Made by a program: the position numbers and the translations under genes | Shown here: piece after piece, positions 27,287-35,584 of the stretch | Layout of the letters: each line of letters begins with the position of its first letter | Numbering within the stretch: position 1 is the stretch's first letter | NCBI GenBank assembly: GCA_039810085.1 | Contig: JBDHWG010000002.1 | Coordinates: forward strand, 96,281-160,280 | From: Anaerolineae bacterium | GTDB taxonomy: Bacteria; Chloroflexota; Anaerolineae; Epilineales; JAHCIE01 | Reading direction: 5' to 3' | DNA: 64,000 nucleotides | The notes under the pieces: generated by a model | Database searches by the model: none | The model's input: the letters and a program-made list of their open reading frames with translations, nothing else | Told to the model about the DNA's origin: nothing

Positions 27287-27790
27287 TTACTGTCTCGTCA
27301 CACTGATCCGCGCCTGTTCCGTTGCTCCGGGCGGTAGTAGTGTGCCAACATAGGTCTTGGTTTTCCGTGTTTCAGTAAGGTAGTCCTCAAAGGCTTTGTT
27401 GGCGCCCCGGTCGGCCGTGACGATTACCAACTGAAATACCTGGCCCTTGGATTGAGCACAGTCCCCGAACTGAACATTGCCTCGCCAAGTACCCTCTGCT
27501 TTTACAGCAGACTTACCAGAGCCTTGCGGTGTATCTTGCGGGTGGTATACACCATCCACATAGACAAGAGGCCATATCGCGTCCGTAACACTTGGCGGGT
27601 AAGCGCCTTCAATCGCAAGTCTACATGGCACTTCCTGTCCATCCTTTAGATTTGTTAGTGTAACAGTTCCCGTTCCAGTGCTAGCTGCCGGTTGGCTCGG
27701 CGAGCCTCCTCCCCCACAACCGCTGAGCGCGAGCAGGATGACGAAAAGCAGCGCAACGACTCGCCACGACACTCTATCAAGTATTCGCAT
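27287..27790 (-). CDS. Lipoprotein, paralog of the C-terminal ecto-domain of the 27827..29803 product
   Basis: Signal plus lipobox LALSGCGG. The mature region aligns along its length with the C-terminal ~130 aa of the adjacent 658-aa protein (e.g. QEVPCRLAIEGAYPPSVTDAIWPLVYVDGVYHPQDTPQGSGK vs QQVPCRTAIRGMYTPDVTDAIWPVIYVNGLYHPADTPQGSGK). Confidence 0.55.
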   Translation of the reverse strand: MRILDRVSWRVVALLFVILLALSGCGGGGSPSQPAASTGTGTVTLTNLKDGQEVPCRLAIEGAYPPSVTDAIWPLVYVDGVYHPQDTPQGSGKSAVKAEGTWRGNVQFGDCAQSKGQVFQLVIVTADRGANKAFEDYLTETRKTKTYVGTLLPPGATEQARISVTRQ

Positions 27791-27826
27791 GATATCCTCC
27801 CCTCACATTTTCATATTGACATGCAA

Positions 27827-29803
27827 TCACTGCCGCACAACCTCGACCCGCAGTCGTATGTCGGCACCATCGGGTAGTAGCATCCCCGGGAAGGATTGGG
27901 TCTTGCGGGTTTCCGCCAGATAGTTCTCGAATGCTGCATTTGCGCTACGATCCGCTATAACGATCAGCAGCTCAAACCGGTCTCCTCTCGAGAGAGTGCA
28001 GTCGCCAAATTGAACGACAGACTCCCAGGTACCGTTTGTCTTTTGCGCAGGCTTGCCCGAACCTTGAGGCGTATCTGCTGGATGGTACAAGCCATTCACA
28101 TAGATCACAGGCCAGATCGCATCTGTGACATCGGGAGTATACATACCCCTAATAGCAGTTCTGCACGGCACTTGTTGGCCAGGCTGCACGGTGGCAAGCG
28201 TGACTTTGTCGTCTCCGACAATCATCGTGGGCGTTGTGGGCGTGGGCCCGGTTACTGGAATTGTTGGGGGAGGCAGCGCGATTATTGGAGCCTGCTGCTT
28301 ATCGAACATCCCGGGTAGTAGAAATACTGCGACAACCACGACGGCAATCAAGACAGCTGCAATTGATAGTACGTACTTCCAAGAAGCCCATGTTGGCCGC
28401 CCAGGCACGGTTACTGTCGTTGTTGTTTCCAAGGGCAAAGGAGGTGTTAATGTGGGCGACGGAGTGGAGGAGGGCGGGGCCGAGTCTTCCAATGTGGGCG
28501 ACGAAGTGGAGGATATCGGGGCCGAGTCTTGCAATGTGGGCGACGGAGTGGAGGATATAGGAGTCGAGTCTTGCAATGTGGGCGACGGAGTGGAGGCGAT
28601 AGATGATATACCTGGTGTAGCCGGTAGACATGGACATGGGTGCGTGACGATGCGCGAGTAGACAATTGGCGTTGCCATCTCAATCTCCCAGGGCAGTTTC
28701 AGGTCCCGAATGGCAACGCGGCCCTTGGTTGTCTGTACTGCTAAACACTCTAGGGAGTAGTAATCCGCCCGATCTGAGGGACCTGTCAGGAAGGCATCTA
28801 CAAAGGCGCGGGCAGCCTTCGTGGAGATGGTCGTCTGCATGGCAATGACGACGCCCGCCTTGAGCAGCAGGAGGTCGAGATCTTCCTGGTCCAGTTTACC
28901 CAGGTCGCAGACCAACAGGAATAGGATATCTATCTGTCTGTGTGGCAAGTGCTCCGTGAAGTCAGAGATGGGCGAGGCTTGGAATTTTCCCGACCCTTCT
29001 TTGAAAGAAAGGACACCCGCCTCTCCATGCGTGATTAGCATAAGAAGCCCGGTCGATGGAGCGTCTACCAACGTTGCCTTAAGGCTGTCTAAATCCCCAT
29101 TGGTGGTGGAAAGCCGACCAACCTCGCTGAACCACCTCCGCCGCGTCCCTGTCACGGCGCTAATTTGCTCAATAAAGTCCTCTAAATTGTCATGACGGAC
29201 ATACTGGATCAGCCACTTTGATTCGTTGGTTCCACACAACCGATGAGCTGCTGACACGTCCTCTGGCCTAATCCGAATAATTGAGATCTTCTCATAGCAG
29301 CCTGAAAAAGGAGATTTCTTGCCTAGAAGATAAATGGTCTCCCAGTTATACCTCTGTATGTCCGCGCACAAAGCAAGCTCAATGATGAGGCAGTCGGACG
29401 AACGAACAACATTCTTCCACCAGCCCCGAAGCCCTTCGGCATTCTCTTCTCCCCAGACATCTGCTTCCCAGAATACTTCGGCGAGTTTGCCAGCCTGCTC
29501 TACCAGGACGGCTCTAAACTCCTCAATCGTTTCTAGCACAGCCTCAGATTGCTCCAATTCTCTATCTGGCTTGTAATCTGTCCCCTTCTGGAACCGTTCC
29601 TGGAATTTCCGAAGGTATTGCTTATGCTTATCAATCTTTTTGTACGTCTTGTTGGCTTCAAGCTCCGCGACCGTGCTCCACGTGCCCTCTGTACACGGCG
29701 GCGTCTCGAGGCCCGCTGGTGCGCGGCAGGCGACGAGTTTGACATCGTACCCATTCGGGGCGTTCGTTATGATGAGCCGAACAACAGAGATGTCTTGCGT
29801 CAT
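27827..29803 (-). CDS. Single-pass membrane protein: N-terminal cytoplasmic caspase/CHAT-like domain, S/T/P-rich tandem-repeat linker, TM helix, C-terminal extracellular beta-domain
   Basis: LLMLITHGEAGV (His) and ILFLLVCDLG (Cys) lie ~42 aa apart, a caspase-like arrangement. There are three STPSPTLQDSxPISS repeats. The TM segment is YVLSIAAVLIAVVVVAVFLL. The C-terminal domain is paralogous to the adjacent lipoprotein. Local GC is visibly lower (28.8-29.8 kb). Confidence 0.55.
   Translation of the reverse strand: MTQDISVVRLIITNAPNGYDVKLVACRAPAGLETPPCTEGTWSTVAELEANKTYKKIDKHKQYLRKFQERFQKGTDYKPDRELEQSEAVLETIEEFRAVLVEQAGKLAEVFWEADVWGEENAEGLRGWWKNVVRSSDCLIIELALCADIQRYNWETIYLLGKKSPFSGCYEKISIIRIRPEDVSAAHRLCGTNESKWLIQYVRHDNLEDFIEQISAVTGTRRRWFSEVGRLSTTNGDLDSLKATLVDAPSTGLLMLITHGEAGVLSFKEGSGKFQASPISDFTEHLPHRQIDILFLLVCDLGKLDQEDLDLLLLKAGVVIAMQTTISTKAARAFVDAFLTGPSDRADYYSLECLAVQTTKGRVAIRDLKLPWEIEMATPIVYSRIVTHPCPCLPATPGISSIASTPSPTLQDSTPISSTPSPTLQDSAPISSTSSPTLEDSAPPSSTPSPTLTPPLPLETTTTVTVPGRPTWASWKYVLSIAAVLIAVVVVAVFLLPGMFDKQQAPIIALPPPTIPVTGPTPTTPTMIVGDDKVTLATVQPGQQVPCRTAIRGMYTPDVTDAIWPVIYVNGLYHPADTPQGSGKPAQKTNGTWESVVQFGDCTLSRGDRFELLIVIADRSANAAFENYLAETRKTQSFPGMLLPDGADIRLRVEVVRQ
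28452..28610. repeat. ~3.7 copies of a 42-bp tandem repeat (gtgggcgacggagtggagga...gagtcttccaat)
   Basis: Direct reading. It encodes the STPSPTLQDSxPISS repeats on the minus strand and is in-frame (42 = 14 codons). Confidence 0.7.
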
Positions 29804-29821
29804 GACTCCCCTGGTTCGCGC

Positions 29822-31492
29822 CTACGGCTGGGGTGTGCGCGTGAAACAGCCATAGATGAAAGAGGTAGCCGATGTGGTATCGCCAGCGCCAACGAACTTC
29901 AGTCCGGATGGCTCGATCTGGAATAGCGCGACGGGAATCACACCAATTCGATACGTCCTGGCGTCATCATCGAACCATCCACGAGCGGCGATGGCTTTGA
30001 ACCTCGGCAAGCCGCGAAACGCAATCGTACCCTTCTCTAGCGGGAAGGCTCGTCGGGCAAGCAGGTCAATGAACACCTTGAACTTGCTCATAGCAAAGCC
30101 AAGATCAATATCGGGTGAGGAACCAATGTCCACGCTGAGCGCTCGGTTTGTCACCACGGTTTTGGCATACAGATCGGCCAGGACTTCGCGGTCGAGGTGC
30201 TCATCTGTGGCCTGCCCCTCGACGCACCGGCGAATAACCAGGTCTACCGTTAAGCTGTGGATATAGATGCGATCCAGCGCCAGCACCGACGCCAGCCACA
30301 TGCCCAAATCCAGGATGTACTCGACGTGTGCAACCTCACTGTCCTCGTCCAGGGGCTCCGGAAAGGGGATCATCCGTCGTTCGCCCGTCGCCGCCAGGTT
30401 TTGTCGGACAGCATCGGCGAAGCCCACGACATCGTCGTAGTTGACGCCAATGCTGTGGACATACTCCTTCACGATGCACTGGAACCAGGGTAAGAGCGCC
30501 GGGGAGGCAATTTCCACGTGGAGCGTCACGTGCGGTCGCGCCTGTTGGAGAGCTGTCTCGACCGCTTGCTTCTCGCGCTTGTCGGAGAGACTCTGTATTC
30601 CACCGAGAATCCAGTATGGGTAGTCTTCGGCGACCGGCTCGGCGCACGTCGGGCCTGTGTGGATATCGGCAGCGAGAATGTGCTCGAAGTGTGGGTCGAA
30701 GTTCTGGCTGCGCGAAAGGTCCACCTCGCCTGAATCGGTGTAGTAGCGGTAGCCAGGGGCGACAGCAATGACGCGGTCGCTCGTTTGGACAACCCCCTCC
30801 CAAAGTACCTCGCCCTGAGCCTCCAGCTTGAGAGAAGTCCCCTTGGCGAACTCCATCGAGTAGTTGATGATTGTAGGGTCATCAGGGCGCGCCGCCGCGT
30901 GGACAGGGAGAACCTGCCAGTGACACTCCTTGTCGAGCGTCAAGTACTTCGTCTTGGCATTGAACAGCCGCGCCTGTGCCTGTGACAGATAGGGTGTCCA
31001 GAACACGACATTCGGCTCGCCTATTTGCGTCAAGACGTCGGCAATGATGGCTGGCGCGCCGCCTACCTGTCCAGGCGATGAGCCTGCTTGAGAGCGATAC
31101 CACTCGTGGAGGAAGTCGAGAACGTACAGGGCCGTGGCCTGGATATAGACCCGGTCAGGCGTCTGGCCGCCGTACACAATTCGGGCCAGGAGCGCCTTGA
31201 GCACATCTGTCGCGGACACGGCTTCTCGCCGGCCGGCGGCGGGGGACTTGGTTGCCGCTTCAACAAGCTCGCGCACCACCTCAGGCGGGGCGCAGTTGTC
31301 GTAGCGAGCGGCCAGGTCAATAGCAAACGCGAGCGATTTCTGATCGATGCGGATGACGCGGTCTATCGTACAGGCATAGTGGCTGAGAATGCGCTTATTG
31401 GTGGGGGGGAGTTGGCTGGCGACTACCTGGCGCCAGAACCAAATGCGCATTAGTCTCGACAACTCAGATGGTGGCAGGAACTCGGCTGCCAT
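29822..31492 (-). CDS. ADP-dependent sugar kinase family (ADP-PFK/ADP-GK, ribokinase-like) homologue with N-terminal extension
   Basis: The C-terminal motif FVGAGDTTSATSFIYGCF closely matches the GxGDTISSxAF anion-hole / catalytic-Asp motif of archaeal ADP-dependent glucokinases and phosphofructokinases. Length is 556 aa. Confidence 0.55.
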   Translation of the reverse strand: MAAEFLPPSELSRLMRIWFWRQVVASQLPPTNKRILSHYACTIDRVIRIDQKSLAFAIDLAARYDNCAPPEVVRELVEAATKSPAAGRREAVSATDVLKALLARIVYGGQTPDRVYIQATALYVLDFLHEWYRSQAGSSPGQVGGAPAIIADVLTQIGEPNVVFWTPYLSQAQARLFNAKTKYLTLDKECHWQVLPVHAAARPDDPTIINYSMEFAKGTSLKLEAQGEVLWEGVVQTSDRVIAVAPGYRYYTDSGEVDLSRSQNFDPHFEHILAADIHTGPTCAEPVAEDYPYWILGGIQSLSDKREKQAVETALQQARPHVTLHVEIASPALLPWFQCIVKEYVHSIGVNYDDVVGFADAVRQNLAATGERRMIPFPEPLDEDSEVAHVEYILDLGMWLASVLALDRIYIHSLTVDLVIRRCVEGQATDEHLDREVLADLYAKTVVTNRALSVDIGSSPDIDLGFAMSKFKVFIDLLARRAFPLEKGTIAFRGLPRFKAIAARGWFDDDARTYRIGVIPVALFQIEPSGLKFVGAGDTTSATSFIYGCFTRTPQP

Positions 31493-31544
31493 GCGGCCTC
31501 CTCGTGAACTGGCAGGCGACGGATGATTAGGGAAACAACATCTC

Positions 31545-32537
31545 TTAGGGGTTGTCTAGCTCTTCCTCTTGGCGTCGCGCGGATTCTTCGCTCAGCGCGT
31601 CTATAATCGTCTCGGCCTGCCAGCGTTCTAGCAACAGGCTGATGGCTAATGCCCGTTGAGGCCTGTCATAAGTTCGTCCGCTCAATTTCTCGATCCGTCT
31701 GAAAGCTGCATTCAAGACGATGTCGTCTTCCCCTTGCTTCAGGGCCTGCGTGATGGCAGCGCGTTCGTGTCGGGGGATAAGATCGTCGAGAGCAGAGACG
31801 AGACCGAGCGTTGCGACCGGCATTGGTGGTTTCGGCTCCGGCGCATTCAGCAGCTCCGCCAGCATGTTTCTGCGGGGCAGCTCCAGGCCTCGAACGGCGA
31901 ACTGGGCAAGCGCGCTCGTGACCGCCGACTGAAGGTTCGGATCTGGGAAGCGATGTTGCAGAAGGTCGTCCAGCAACTGGCTGGCAACGAGGACAAGATC
32001 TCCTTCTGGTTGTTGAAACCGCCTGATCGTCCGGCCGTCCATAGCCTGCCCAAGCGCCTGAACCAACTCGGCGCGTACGTCGTCGCTTGCTTCGGGCGCA
32101 TGATCAACAAAGACCGCCTTCGCGCGCCGCAACAACTCCCGCCCGGCTTCGAAGCCGCCAATTTGGCCGAGCGCCCAGGCCATCGCAGCGCGCTGTTCCG
32201 CCCCGATACTCTGGTCCTCTAGCGCCTGCCCTAGTATGCGGACGGCCTTCAGAGCATCCAGGTCGAGATCGCTCGCGCGCTCCTCCAATTCCCTACGCAG
32301 CTTGGCGCCGTATCGCCCGAGAACGGTGGCGGCGCGTAGCAAGACTGGCATCTCAATCTGATCTGACGCCTCGGGCGCTCGCTGCTCGATATACTCTGTC
32401 AATTGACCGATCGTTGGCATGGTAGGCTCGCTTCGTGGAGGGACGCGAAAAGTGCCCCTTGCTGGCATCTCACGCTCGACTGCTGTCCGGACTGCGGGAG
32501 TTGCCATAGCGGATAGGTTTAAGATACCACATGGCAA
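31545..32537 (-). CDS. Alpha-helical repeat (HEAT/armadillo-like) protein, hypothetical
   Basis: Repetitive A/L/E/R-rich helices. The start may be the internal MPTIGQ (~32420). Confidence 0.45.
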   Translation of the reverse strand: MPCGILNLSAMATPAVRTAVEREMPARGTFRVPPRSEPTMPTIGQLTEYIEQRAPEASDQIEMPVLLRAATVLGRYGAKLRRELEERASDLDLDALKAVRILGQALEDQSIGAEQRAAMAWALGQIGGFEAGRELLRRAKAVFVDHAPEASDDVRAELVQALGQAMDGRTIRRFQQPEGDLVLVASQLLDDLLQHRFPDPNLQSAVTSALAQFAVRGLELPRRNMLAELLNAPEPKPPMPVATLGLVSALDDLIPRHERAAITQALKQGEDDIVLNAAFRRIEKLSGRTYDRPQRALAISLLLERWQAETIIDALSEESARRQEEELDNP

Positions 32538-32604
32538 GCGTTGCGAGCGTTAAGATGCCACAACGCCATGTGCTATTTTCTTTACCGATAACGACGCGCC
32601 AAAA

Positions 32605-33378
32605 TTACGCGCCAGATGGCTGTTTGGTAACTCCGCGCTCGCTGCGGCGGATGATGTACCTGTATTCAAACTTGTCGGCGCGGTCGATGGAGTGCAACAC
32701 CTCGAAGACCTGGCCGGTCTGATCGTAGGAGATCCGGTCCCGCACCACAACTGCCGTCCCCTCCTCGATCTCCAACAACCTCGCCTCCTCCACCGTCGCG
32801 TTCCCCACGCGGATCAACTCGTCCGCCTCCACAATCTGCCGCCCATAGCGCTTTTCATATAGCTCGAAGAGGTGGAGCAGGTCCTGCTCCAGGATATCGG
32901 GGCACAGCTCAGGCAAGACATACACCGTCTGGATAGCGAAGGGGACGTTGTTGCCTTTCTTGAGCCGGCAAATCTCGATAACGTCCGCATCTGGCTCAAG
33001 CTCAAAGCCCTCCATGACCCGCGTGCGCCGGGCGTCGGAGGCCTTAATCATGCCTTTGCTCAGGAGGACCGTCGAGGGCGTGATCTGGGCATCCGATAAT
33101 TGCGCGTTAAAGGACTTGATCTTTCCAAACTTGGCAACCGCCGGCGTCTTGCGCAGAACGACCGTACCACGCTTGGGGTAGCGGCGCAGGTAGCCCTCCT
33201 GTGAGAGCTGCTTCAGCGCCTCGCGCACCGTGACCCGGCCTACCCCATACAGTTCGGTCAGCTCATCTTCAGTGGGGATATTCTCCCCAACTTTCCAAAC
33301 CTCACGCTCAATACGTGAGAGAATGTCCTTCTTGACCTGGAGATACAGCGGCTCAGCGCTGCTTGATTGACGCAACAT
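32605..33378 (-). CDS. GntR family transcriptional regulator, HutC subfamily (wHTH + UTRA effector domain)
   Basis: PLYLQVKKDILSRIEREVWKVGENIPTEDELTELYGVGRVTVREALKQLSQEGYLRRYPKRGTVV is a classic GntR HTH. The C-terminal ~150 aa is UTRA-like. The ORF extends to 33423, but the ATG at 33378 (MLRQSS...) lies downstream of a candidate promoter. Confidence 0.8.
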   Translation of the reverse strand: MLRQSSSAEPLYLQVKKDILSRIEREVWKVGENIPTEDELTELYGVGRVTVREALKQLSQEGYLRRYPKRGTVVLRKTPAVAKFGKIKSFNAQLSDAQITPSTVLLSKGMIKASDARRTRVMEGFELEPDADVIEICRLKKGNNVPFAIQTVYVLPELCPDILEQDLLHLFELYEKRYGRQIVEADELIRVGNATVEEARLLEIEEGTAVVVRDRISYDQTGQVFEVLHSIDRADKFEYRYIIRRSERGVTKQPSGA

Positions 33379-33407
33379 AGCTCGCCTTCTATTCCCTGGT
33401 ATTTGTT

Positions 33408-33438
33408 CGTATGATACCGCCAAGAGAGGCGCTTGTCA
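33408..33438 (-). promoter_or_regulatory. Candidate promoter for GntR gene (TTGACA-17-TATCAT read on minus strand)
   Basis: The minus-strand reading is cTTGACAag-cgcctctcttggcgg-TATCAT. Its -35 box is the inverted mirror of the plus-strand -35 box at 33511. Confidence 0.35.
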
Positions 33439-33510
33439 AGGGGGATTGCCAGGGCAGAGCGGAGAGAGGGAAGAACATCGTGATTGGGAGGAGATATTTC
33501 AGATTCCCTC

Positions 33511-33539
33511 TTGACAAGCCCAGATAGCTGTGCTAAACT
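33511..33539 (+). promoter_or_regulatory. Candidate sigma70 promoter (TTGACA-17-TAAACT) for the E2/E1/Ubl operon
   Basis: ccctcTTGACAagcccagatagctgtgcTAAACT. A GGGAGG SD lies 6 nt before the ATG at 33595. Confidence 0.4.
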
Positions 33540-33547
33540 AAAGAAAT

Positions 33548-33561
33548 GTTACTATTGTAAC
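33548..33561. promoter_or_regulatory. Palindromic operator candidate GTTAC-N4-GTAAC at the predicted transcription start
   Basis: tGTTACtattGTAACg lies immediately 3' of the -10 element. GntR-family operators are typically short GT...AC palindromes. Confidence 0.35.
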
Positions 33562-33594
33562 GAATAAATAGAAAGATTAAGAAGGGAGGCTGCG

Positions 33595-34764
33595 ATGTCC
33601 GAGTGGTCCGGGAAGGCCGCCGATCGGGAGAACTATGCCTTCCTTCGCCATAGGCAAGAACGCAACGACCGGAAATGCTTGCAGGACACGCTCGACCAGT
33701 CGTGCGCTCGAATTGCAGCGCTGCAGAAACGGATTTTCGATGCCACGTTGCGGCCGCAGACTCAGCCTAACTCGCTTCTCCAGCGTATTCTGGGCGCTCG
33801 CTCCCTTGCCGGCCACGCGGCCAACGAGTTCGATGCCCTTAACGTGTCGCTGTCCATCGCCCGCATTGGGTGTACGCGCACTACTAGGACGCTCGTCATC
33901 ACAACGGCCACTGAGCCGGAGATGCACATAACCGTTAATCTTGCGAACGGGTCAGTTGAGGTGGATCAGCCAATTCTGATCCTGCGGGATATGGCCGTTC
34001 GCTCGGTGTGCGCTGCCCTCGTCGCGGCCGGCGAGCTTGACGCCGTTGTGGCACTCGTGGCGGGGCATGCGCCTCTTTCGCGGTCGGCGGCGTACTCCCG
34101 CCCGCAGTTCGAGCCGCGCGCCCGTCAGGGATACATCGCTATCCGGTCCGAAGTGCTCATGCGCGCGCTCGTTTCCGCGCCCAGCCAGCAGGAAGTGGAG
34201 CAGCAGCTTCGGGTGTGCGCGGCTGAGCTTGAGGCAGAGCTGACCCACTATAGGCTCCTTCAGCAGGCATTGCGTCAATTTGACAGGTCTGCTTGCATTG
34301 TCTCCGCTGACTATGGGCGGGAGTTTGATCTCCTGTGCGAGCTGCCAGGTGTGAGGCGGATCGAGGTATTGCGGGGCGGCCCAATCCGTGTCGAGACTGA
34401 GCCAGTGATTGTGTCCTACAGCGGCGCCTCGCAACTGCTGGGATGCTATCGCATCGAGATTACGGTCTCCGCCGCGCCGCATTTGACCATCATCAACCTG
34501 GATCGTCCTGTCTGGCGTAGCGACCGCCGGTATGACCACCCGCACGTCGCCGACGGCGTCCCGTGCTGGGGCAATGCAGCAAGTTACGTCGCTCAAGAAC
34601 TCGCCGCCGCGAACTATCCCGCCGTCGTCCAGCAGAGCGTCGAATTTCTCAACTCTTACAACCCCGACAATCCCTTTCTTGGCATCGAGAACTGGTTCTC
34701 GGCTGGCAGCTCGTCAGCATCGGTCTGCTACAGCTACGCCGACGATGGTGGCTGGGGCGAGTAG
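33595..34764 (+). CDS. E2-like ubiquitin-conjugating (UBC-fold) protein with ~280-aa N-terminal uncharacterised region
   Basis: The C-terminal segment ...RYDHPHVADGVPCWGNAASYV matches the E2 HPN-x5-G-x-C catalytic motif (HPNV...G.ICL). It sits in an operon with the E1 and Ubl genes. Confidence 0.6.
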   Translation: MSEWSGKAADRENYAFLRHRQERNDRKCLQDTLDQSCARIAALQKRIFDATLRPQTQPNSLLQRILGARSLAGHAANEFDALNVSLSIARIGCTRTTRTLVITTATEPEMHITVNLANGSVEVDQPILILRDMAVRSVCAALVAAGELDAVVALVAGHAPLSRSAAYSRPQFEPRARQGYIAIRSEVLMRALVSAPSQQEVEQQLRVCAAELEAELTHYRLLQQALRQFDRSACIVSADYGREFDLLCELPGVRRIEVLRGGPIRVETEPVIVSYSGASQLLGCYRIEITVSAAPHLTIINLDRPVWRSDRRYDHPHVADGVPCWGNAASYVAQELAAANYPAVVQQSVEFLNSYNPDNPFLGIENWFSAGSSSASVCYSYADDGGWGE

Positions 34765-34786
34765 CAAGGCACAAGGAAGGTCTGTT

Positions 34787-34903
34787 ATGGAGAAGCTCAT
34801 CGGCAGAGTGGGAGCCTGCAGCGGCTATAGGTCAGCCGAGTCGTGTGTCTGCAAGGACGATGGTTGCCAGCCGTGCGACACGCGCCAGGCAAGGAAGGGC
34901 TAG
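34787..34903 (+). CDS. 38-aa cysteine-rich microprotein (putative zinc-binding), translationally coupled to E1 gene
   Basis: MEKLIGRVGACSGYRSAESCVCKDDGCQPCDTRQARKG. An AAGGAAGG SD lies 8 nt upstream. Its TAG stop abuts the E1 ATG (ctagATG). It is below the 60-aa cutoff of the ORF track. Confidence 0.4.
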   Translation: MEKLIGRVGACSGYRSAESCVCKDDGCQPCDTRQARKG

Positions 34904-35566
34904 ATGTTGGATCGAACTCGGCAGCAGGACATCGCCGATCCGGCCGTCTTGCGAGCGGTGGGGGTTGATGTTGTCGGCGTGGGGGCCGTGGGCGGAATGA
35001 CTGCCGTGACGCTGGCAAAGATGGGCGTGGGCCGTCTGCGACTGTTTGACCCGGATATTGTCGAGACTGTCAATCTGGCTTGCCAGATGTACGCCCTGGC
35101 GGACCTCAGTGTGGCGAAAGCTCTCGCCGCACAGCGTCTGTGCCGCGAGCTAGGCGACGCCGAGGTGGAGGCTGTCGTTGGGCGAGGCGAAGACTCCGTG
35201 CTCGAAGGGATCGTTGTCCTGGCAGTGGATAGCATGGTGGCGCGTCGGAGCATCTGGGAGCGGCGCATTGTCAGCAGCCCGCGGGTGGCGTGGCTCATTG
35301 ATGCGCGCATGGGCGCCGAGACCGGCACGATCTACACCGTTCGGCCTGGCCTTTCCTCGCAGCGCCGTATGTATGAGATGAGCCTCTACACAGATGAGGA
35401 AGCCATGCCGCTGCCGTGTACAGGTCGCGCCATTATCTACAACACGCTCTGGATCGCGGCCCTCATCAGCCGCCAGGTCAAGCGCATAGCGATGCGGCAG
35501 CTCGTTGAGTGGAGAATCGATTTCTCCCTGGACGACTTGACCTTGTTTGTCGACTCGCACGTCTGA
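34904..35566 (+). CDS. E1-like ubiquitin-activating enzyme, minimal ThiF/MoeB-type (220 aa)
   Basis: The Rossmann glycine motif is VVGVGAVGGMTAVTLAKMGVGRL. The E1 signature is LFDPDIVETVNLACQ (D-x-D-x-V-E-x-x-N-L-x-R-Q). Confidence 0.8.
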   Translation: MLDRTRQQDIADPAVLRAVGVDVVGVGAVGGMTAVTLAKMGVGRLRLFDPDIVETVNLACQMYALADLSVAKALAAQRLCRELGDAEVEAVVGRGEDSVLEGIVVLAVDSMVARRSIWERRIVSSPRVAWLIDARMGAETGTIYTVRPGLSSQRRMYEMSLYTDEEAMPLPCTGRAIIYNTLWIAALISRQVKRIAMRQLVEWRIDFSLDDLTLFVDSHV

Positions 35567-35584
35567 GCAAGAAAGGAGAGCAAC

